Assembly (NCBI GenBank): GCA_011364985.1
Contig: RDOC01000002.1
Location: 32,001-96,000, forward strand
Direction: 5' to 3'
Source of the DNA: Candidatus Thorarchaeota archaeon
Lineage (GTDB): Archaea > Asgardarchaeota > Thorarchaeia > Thorarchaeales > Thorarchaeaceae
DNA length: 64,000 nt
The notes under the pieces are model-generated. The model had not been told where the DNA came from. It ran no database searches and saw only the letters and a program-made list of their open reading frames with translations. Below, piece after piece: positions 58,028 to 64,000 of the stretch (within the stretch, counting starts at the first letter, position 1; each line of letters starts with the position of its first letter). The translations under genes and the position numbers were made by a program.

Positions 58028-59323
58028 GTGAACTTCGAAACAGAAATAAATGACCCGATTCATGGGTTCATTGGACTTACTGATATTGAAGCTAGAATAA
58101 TCAATTCCGAAACTTATCAAAGACTCAGACGGATAAAACAGCTATCAGGTGGTCACTTTGTCTATCCAACTGCTGAACATACAAGATTCGGGCATTGCAT
58201 TGGTGCAATGTATTTGGCCGGTATGATGGGCAGACGCCTTCTTGCTCCACTAGGGCTTGGAAATGACGCACTTCAAGAAGTTAGAATTGCTGGACTACTT
58301 CACGACATCGGGCATGGGCCCTTTAGTCACGTTTTTGAGGAAGTCCTTGTTGAACGTAGAGGATGGAATCATGAAGACGTAACTGAATGGATAATACGAA
58401 AAAGCGAGCTTGGTGAGTTGCTCGAATACGGTGGGATTTCGCGTAACCGAATTGCAGATCTTGTTCGTGGAAAACGAAAAAGAAAAAACGATTCGGTCGT
58501 TAGTTCAATAGTAGCAGGACAAGTTGATGCTGATAAGATGGACTATCTCATCCGAGACTCGTTTTACTGTGGAGTAAATTATGGCCTTGTTGACATCCAT
58601 CGCCTAATTAATAGTCTTGAGGCGTCTGATGACTTGATTCTTCAATTTGATTTGGCGGCACGTGGAGCTCTTGAATCATTTCTTGTGGCGCGCTATGAAA
58701 TGTTTCTCAACGTCTATTATCATAAAACCGTGCGAAGTGTTGAGATTATGCTTGTAAAAATGATGCATGCAGCAGATAGCGTTCTGAATTTGACAGGGTT
58801 TTCAACACCAGAGGAGTTTCTCTTGCTTGATGATATGTCGTTAATATCTCAAATCAGAAGAATAGACCCATCCGAATCGGAGAATGCAAAAGAGGCTGTG
58901 AAAATGGTGAGCATGTTGGATACAAGGACTCTTTACAAATCTGCATTTGAGAAAGTACTTCATACCGATGATCAATTCATTTCAAAGCTCCTTACAAAGC
59001 GAAAGGTACGTGAGAGTATTGAGGAAGAAATCGCAGAGGCAGCAGGAGTTCCATCTGAGAAGGTTATAGTAGATGTACCAACGCTTCCATCAGTGCCATA
59101 TGATCCTCATCAGCTCAATCCTATGGAGATTAAGATCTTTGAAATCGTTGATGGAAAAAAGATACCACATAATTTCTCGGAATATTCAAATATCGCAGAT
59201 ATGATGAAAGTATATCTTGATGTGATTAGAGTCTATACCTACGACGAACATCGAAAAGAGGTGGGACAAGCGGCGAGAGAAATATTCCAAGAAGTACCAG
59301 AAGCTGCTTTGATTCATATGTAG
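58028..59323 (+). CDS. HD-domain phosphohydrolase (SAMHD1-like dNTPase family)
   Basis: DPIHG, QRLRRIKQL, HTRFGH, LLHDIGHGPFSH, DADKMDYL.RD, VYYHKT. Confidence 0.92.
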   Translation: MNFETEINDPIHGFIGLTDIEARIINSETYQRLRRIKQLSGGHFVYPTAEHTRFGHCIGAMYLAGMMGRRLLAPLGLGNDALQEVRIAGLLHDIGHGPFSHVFEEVLVERRGWNHEDVTEWIIRKSELGELLEYGGISRNRIADLVRGKRKRKNDSVVSSIVAGQVDADKMDYLIRDSFYCGVNYGLVDIHRLINSLEASDDLILQFDLAARGALESFLVARYEMFLNVYYHKTVRSVEIMLVKMMHAADSVLNLTGFSTPEEFLLLDDMSLISQIRRIDPSESENAKEAVKMVSMLDTRTLYKSAFEKVLHTDDQFISKLLTKRKVRESIEEEIAEAAGVPSEKVIVDVPTLPSVPYDPHQLNPMEIKIFEIVDGKKIPHNFSEYSNIADMMKVYLDVIRVYTYDEHRKEVGQAAREIFQEVPEAALIHM

Positions 59324-59433
59324 TATTAAATCCAGAACAGCTGAAATCAACAGCAGAAAAAGGCTGTGTGGTGGTTATATAGTAAGCTCCTAGATTCTAC
59401 TTTGGACCAGCTAATAGGTCTGGAGCTGAATCA

Positions 59434-60381
59434 TTGACTAACGAACTGACTGAAACACTTCAGAACATTAAGATGATTACTGGCGTAGAAAATGTGGTCC
59501 TTATCCAAAAGGATGGTTTACCTGTGGCCAGTGCAGGAGTTTGGTTCAGCAAGGAGGAAGTCTTTGCCGTTGCATCTTCTACTTGTGCGATTTATGGGGT
59601 TGCGCGGTTAGTTCATGGCGATTTTGAGTATTTATTGATGGAATCAGAAACTTCCAAGGTGTTTCTTGCGTCATTACCCAATGATACTGATTACTTCCTC
59701 ACTGTTACTACAGCGCCGAGAGTAAATCTGGCTGCACTATTCATCGAAATGAAAGATAGTCTCTTCCGTGTTTCCTTCCTTTTACGACAACACATAGATG
59801 ACAGACTTCCTCCTCTACGTTCGTATAGCAATCATGAAACACAAAGAATATTGAAAGGCTTTTCAGTTGCTGAGGGACAAGATACTAAGTATAGCACCTC
59901 TAGATCAATAATCTCTTTTGATCGGTCTCAGGCCTTGGCACTTCGTGCGCTTTTGAAACAGGTACATGATAGCATTCCAAACACTGATTCTGTGTTTCTT
60001 TCACTTAATGGAGGGGTACGTTTGTCCTTGGAGGGATTTACAAATGATAGACTAGCAGCCATGTCCTTCGCTTTGCATGATGCATCTGAACGCGTTGTAA
60101 GAACATTGAGAAACGGCTCACTGCAGACCGTTCTTTGTGAAACCGAAAGCATACGGCATTTCATATATGCTGTGCCCAATGGTGTATTCAGTCTATGGGT
60201 TGATCGAAGTAGTCAGAAGCTTGGACTGATGCGTTTGTTACTCAAACACTACATTGAGGAGATTAGAAGAGTTTTACAGGCTTGTCATGAAATGAAATCT
60301 GCTGTACCAGACGACTTGAAGGAGCTGCTTCTCGGAGAGATAGGAAACGGCAGCATGATGCTTGCGAGGAGAGAACCATGA
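59434..60381 (+). CDS. Tandem Roadblock/LC7 (MglB/LAMTOR-like) domain protein
   Basis: Domain 1: GVENVVLIQKDGLPVAS...LTVTT.PRVNLAAL. Domain 2: SVFLSLNGGVRL...DRLAAMS.AL..ASER...KLGLMRL. Confidence 0.85.
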   Translation: MTNELTETLQNIKMITGVENVVLIQKDGLPVASAGVWFSKEEVFAVASSTCAIYGVARLVHGDFEYLLMESETSKVFLASLPNDTDYFLTVTTAPRVNLAALFIEMKDSLFRVSFLLRQHIDDRLPPLRSYSNHETQRILKGFSVAEGQDTKYSTSRSIISFDRSQALALRALLKQVHDSIPNTDSVFLSLNGGVRLSLEGFTNDRLAAMSFALHDASERVVRTLRNGSLQTVLCETESIRHFIYAVPNGVFSLWVDRSSQKLGLMRLLLKHYIEEIRRVLQACHEMKSAVPDDLKELLLGEIGNGSMMLARREP

Positions 60382-61298
60382 CATATTCTATAATGCGTTT
60401 GATTGAGTTGGTTGAAAATGATTTTCCTCTTTTGCTTAATGCAGTAATGAGCAGGCTGCCAATACTTGTTGCGGGGAATGATGTTGAGCTGGTTGATGAT
60501 GTGACGGAGAGTTTGAGCATGCTGGCCCCCCATCGTCATAAACTAGTGTTCTGGCGTGACTTCACGTCTGAGAATGAGATTTTGTCCGTGTGGGAAGAGG
60601 AAAAACATGATTATGAGGTGAGCAGAACAATTGTATGTGGTTTGTCCTCAAACCTCAGACTGGCCTTGGATAGAATCACTCGATTTGCGGGATGGATTTT
60701 GGGTATTCCACTTGGAAACACTGTTCTAGGTGTAGATGTGGACGATGGTTTGCTTCAAACAGTGATAAACAGAATTCTGCAAACATCTCAGAATTGCGGC
60801 ATCTTGCGTATTGATACTCCATCATCGATGAATTTCTCTTTGATAGAAACTCATCATAGCAGTCTTGACATTGAAAAGAGAATTGTAACTAAGATACTGA
60901 CTAGAAAGAAACAATCGCTTGAGAGAATAAGACGACTTCTAATGAAATCACTCAGAGGACTTGAAGTTTCCAATCATGTTGTTAATGCCATACTGAAATT
61001 GGATAATGAATCGGAGAAGCTTACACAGGATGTTTTTGATGAGGAGATAAGTAACTACGTTCACGCTGCACGAAGAGCTGTTACTCTTCTCTCAAGAATA
61101 AGGCTTGCACGGGAGTTGGGTGCATCGACATTTCTTACTGAAAGGAATTTGTTTGAGGCAATAGGTTGGGACAGTGGAGAACTCTCTGATTTGATTCAGC
61201 TCATTCACGCAGAATGGCATGAAGATTTCTCCGACTGTGTCAAGGCTGGTGCGCTTTCTGGACTAGGTGCATGGGTGGATAGTATGTGGGGAACATAA
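60378..61298 (+). CDS. DENN-like domain protein (putative GTPase regulator)
   Basis: LLLNAVMSRLPILVAGNDVELVDDVTESLSMLAP matches the helix-strand-helix start of cDENN cores; helical C-terminal half; ATGA overlap with the Roadblock gene. Confidence 0.55.
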   Translation: MTYSIMRLIELVENDFPLLLNAVMSRLPILVAGNDVELVDDVTESLSMLAPHRHKLVFWRDFTSENEILSVWEEEKHDYEVSRTIVCGLSSNLRLALDRITRFAGWILGIPLGNTVLGVDVDDGLLQTVINRILQTSQNCGILRIDTPSSMNFSLIETHHSSLDIEKRIVTKILTRKKQSLERIRRLLMKSLRGLEVSNHVVNAILKLDNESEKLTQDVFDEEISNYVHAARRAVTLLSRIRLARELGASTFLTERNLFEAIGWDSGELSDLIQLIHAEWHEDFSDCVKAGALSGLGAWVDSMWGT

Positions 61299-61315
61299 TG
61301 GAGGATGAGAATTAA

Positions 61316-61894
61316 GTGATTATTGATTATGGAAACAGAACGATTGGCCTGAAAATAGTCTTCTTTGGGCCTGCTATGAGTGGAAAGACGACAGCAATCA
61401 GATGGCTTTTCTCAAGTCTGGACTATGCAGAGAACTTGACCTCAATAGAGAATACTGTTGGTCGTACGATGTTCTGTGATTTTGGAACTATTCCATTCTC
61501 TCTTGGGGATAGTTGGACGATTAATTCACATATATGGTCTGCAACAGGACAAGATTTTTATCGCTCCACAAGAGAAGTTGTTCTTGTGGGAGCCGATGGT
61601 GTTGTGTTTATGGTCGATTCTCAAGAACACCTACTCGAAGAGAATCTTGCCAGCTGGAATGAGCTTATGACAATGGTTGCAGAGGAGGAACGTCCATTGC
61701 CAATAGTGGTATGTCTCAACAAGCAAGATCTGCCTAGAGCAATCAAAGAGGAAGAAATTCGGGCTCACCTTAGGCTTCCATCTTCGATTCCAGTATTTAG
61801 AAGTATAGCAAGTGAAGGGCAGAATATTCTTGAGGCCTTTCAGGTTCTATTTCAGAATGCAATGCGTGCCAATGTACTTGCCCAACCCTTGTGA
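61316..61894 (+). CDS. MglA-type small GTPase
   Basis: LKIVFFGPAMSGKTT, G2 RTMFCDF with intrinsic Arg, G3 SATGQ.FY, GADGVVFMVDSQ, G4 NKQD. Confidence 0.88.
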   Translation: MIIDYGNRTIGLKIVFFGPAMSGKTTAIRWLFSSLDYAENLTSIENTVGRTMFCDFGTIPFSLGDSWTINSHIWSATGQDFYRSTREVVLVGADGVVFMVDSQEHLLEENLASWNELMTMVAEEERPLPIVVCLNKQDLPRAIKEEEIRAHLRLPSSIPVFRSIASEGQNILEAFQVLFQNAMRANVLAQPL

Positions 61895-62032
61895 CAGGCC
61901 TGCTTTCTTTTGACGAAGAGATTCATAGGGAATATTATGCTTTCATCCTCAGGAAGACTTTAAGGGTATTACAAATGAAATGAGGCTCAGCACTGCTAAT
62001 TGTGCCGTGACTCTTGCTGGATAGGACTCTCA

Positions 62033-62980
62033 ATGGATTTTGATCTTTGGACAGAGAAATATAGACCGCCCACCTTGAAAGAGATTGTCGGGCAAGAACA
62101 TGTGATTGAAAGTCTAATGAGGTTTGTACATAGTCAAAACGTGCCTCATTGCCTTTTTGCAGGACCACCAGGTACGAGTAAAACAACAGCAGCTATAGCA
62201 ATGGCAAGAGATTTGTTTGGTAACACGTTTGATAGGAACTTTATGGAGTTAAATGCAAGTGATGAACGAGGTATTGATGTTGTAAGAAATCAAATCAAAA
62301 ACTTCGCTCGTACGATGCCGGCTGGTGACCTTCCGTTCAAGATACTTGTCCTCGATGAGGCAGACCATCTAACAACTGACGCACAGCATGCTCTACGAAG
62401 AACCATGGAATCATACTCGGTTTCATGTCGAATGATTCTGATATGCAACTACTCTAGTAGAATTATACCACCGATTCAGTCACGATGCGCCATCTTCAGA
62501 TTTGCGCGCTTAGAAGATAATGCGATAACTGAAAGGTTAGACCATATTGCAAAACAGGAGAAAGTAACTCTCTTGAAATCAGGTAGAGATGCAATCTTGT
62601 ATTTGTCAGAAGGCGATATGAGAGCGGCAATCAATCTACTTCAGGCTGCATCCTCGACAGGAGAGAAGATAAGCAATAGAATTGTTTTTTCGATTTCTGG
62701 ACATGCAGACCCTTCTACAGTAAGAAAAGTGCTTGACAAGGTGACATCAGGCAATTTCGATGATGCCTTGGAATTGCTGAAGTCATTGCTATATGAACAA
62801 GGAATTTCTCCTTTGGATTTGATAAGACAGATACATAGAGAGATCCTGCGGCTTGAAATCTCGCAGGAAAGGAGAATGACTCTTCTAGAGAAATCGGCTG
62901 AAACCGAGTTCAGAATAGCTGAAGGAGCCAGTGGAGAGGTGCAGCTTGCTGCTCTATTGGCGTATGTGGGGTTGGAGTAA
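62033..62980 (+). CDS. rfcS: Replication factor C small subunit
   Basis: WTEKYRP, GPPGTSKTT, ELNASDERGIDVVR, LDEAD, ALRRTME, IQSRC, GDMR. Confidence 0.96.
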   Translation: MDFDLWTEKYRPPTLKEIVGQEHVIESLMRFVHSQNVPHCLFAGPPGTSKTTAAIAMARDLFGNTFDRNFMELNASDERGIDVVRNQIKNFARTMPAGDLPFKILVLDEADHLTTDAQHALRRTMESYSVSCRMILICNYSSRIIPPIQSRCAIFRFARLEDNAITERLDHIAKQEKVTLLKSGRDAILYLSEGDMRAAINLLQAASSTGEKISNRIVFSISGHADPSTVRKVLDKVTSGNFDDALELLKSLLYEQGISPLDLIRQIHREILRLEISQERRMTLLEKSAETEFRIAEGASGEVQLAALLAYVGLE

Positions 62981-62987
62981 GAATCAA

Positions 62988-64000
62988 ATGAAGAATAAAG
63001 GGCTTCCTTGGAATGAGCAACACCGGCCAACTAGCTTGGATAGTCTTGTAGGAAATACTGCAACTATTAACGAGATTCGAAATTGGATCAGCTCATGGAT
63101 AGGCGGACAGCCTGTGAGAAATGCTGCATTACTAGTAGGACCACCAGGTAGTGGCAAGACAGCAACAGTGGGTGCACTATCTCATGACTATGACTTGGAA
63201 CTTGTGGAGTTCAACTCAAGTGACAAGCGAAATAAAAATACCATAGAAACGTTCGTTTGGAGAGCTGCTACGCAGCAGACTTTAGATGGACGACTACGAT
63301 TGATATTGCTTGATGAAGTGGATGGTCTCTCTGGTACAAGTGATAGAGGCGGTGTAGGTGCAATCTCGAAAGTAATCGAGCAAACCGTTCATCCAATAAT
63401 AATGACTGCGAATGATCGGGAAAGCCCTCGATTGAAGGATTTATTGAAGAAATGTCAGATTTTTGTTTTCAATCCAATTGATTCTGTTGATATGTTCGAC
63501 CTGCTTGAGAGAATAGCAAAGTATCATAATGCTGATTTATCTAGAGAAACGATTGAAGAACTTGCAGAGCAAGCAGATGGAGATCTTCGAGCAGCAATAT
63601 CAGATTTGGAAACACTAGTGGAAGGGAAGAAAACCAGAGAAGTCGATGTGCTACCAGTAAGAGACGTACGAAGAGGAATCGAAGGGGTATTTCGTAGACT
63701 CTTTATGACAACTGATGCCTCTGCCGCTAAGAGAGTAATATCTGAGCTGGATGTGGATTACAATCAGTTGCTTCTTTGGGTGGAAGAGAATATGCACTTG
63801 CATTTAACTACACCGTTAGAACTAGACGATGGTTTTGAAGCCCTTTCATTGGCAGATCTCTCAGTAGGAAGGATAATGAAAGAGCAAAACTGGAGGCTTC
63901 TTGCGTACGTATACGATTTTCTTTCAGGAGGAGTTGCAGGAAGTAGAAAGACGAGTCCCTATAGGCGTCTTGATTATACAGAACCCACATGGCCATGGTT
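62988..64000 (+). CDS. rfcL: Replication factor C large subunit (runs off the window end)
   Basis: Manual translation MKNKGLPWNEQHRP...LLVGPPGSGKT...EFNSSDKR...LLDEVDGL...DRGG...GDLRAAI. Confidence 0.93.
   Translation, partial: MKNKGLPWNEQHRPTSLDSLVGNTATINEIRNWISSWIGGQPVRNAALLVGPPGSGKTATVGALSHDYDLELVEFNSSDKRNKNTIETFVWRAATQQTLDGRLRLILLDEVDGLSGTSDRGGVGAISKVIEQTVHPIIMTANDRESPRLKDLLKKCQIFVFNPIDSVDMFDLLERIAKYHNADLSRETIEELAEQADGDLRAAISDLETLVEGKKTREVDVLPVRDVRRGIEGVFRRLFMTTDASAAKRVISELDVDYNQLLLWVEENMHLHLTTPLELDDGFEALSLADLSVGRIMKEQNWRLLAYVYDFLSGGVAGSRKTSPYRRLDYTEPTWPW

Overview
A gene-dense archaeal chromosome segment, most consistent with an Asgard archaeon (Thorarchaeia-like). This assignment is an inference from the Roadblock/DENN-like/MglA genes, a Urm1-type modifier, eS30, SmAP3, FtsZ and H4MPT C1 genes occurring together. 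Most of the window is housekeeping. Translation and RNA processing: pelota, two MetAPs, rnhB, fibrillarin/Nop5, Elp3, archease, uL3-uL4-uL23-uL2, eS30, Trm11, ThpR and two Sm proteins. Replication and repair: DnaG, GINS-MCM-Hel308, NurA-HerA and RFC. Metabolism: pyrD/pyrK/pyrG, mch-fwdC-ftr and OFOR beta/gamma. Cell division: cdrS-ftsZ. RNA genes absent from the ORF track are a stand-alone 5S rRNA with a 33-nt hairpin insertion and three intron-containing tRNAs (Trp, Ser, and Pro with two introns). The best candidates for undescribed biology are: (1) a tandem-Roadblock / DENN-like / MglA-type GTPase operon at 59.4-61.9 kb, resembling a prokaryotic precursor of Ragulator-FLCN/SMCR8-GTPase modules; (2) the expanded 5S rRNA; (3) a HypD-like glycyl-radical enzyme whose catalytic CxE is replaced by CVT; (4) a protease-less Lon-type ATPase with a proteasome-docking-like YFF tail, upstream of pelota; (5) a 29-aa DEDDW-repeat acidic micro-protein. 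There is also a small decayed accessory island (8.1-11.8 kb) and an IS607/TnpB-derived miniature element (28.7-28.9 kb). All family calls come from motif recognition by eye; no database searches were run.
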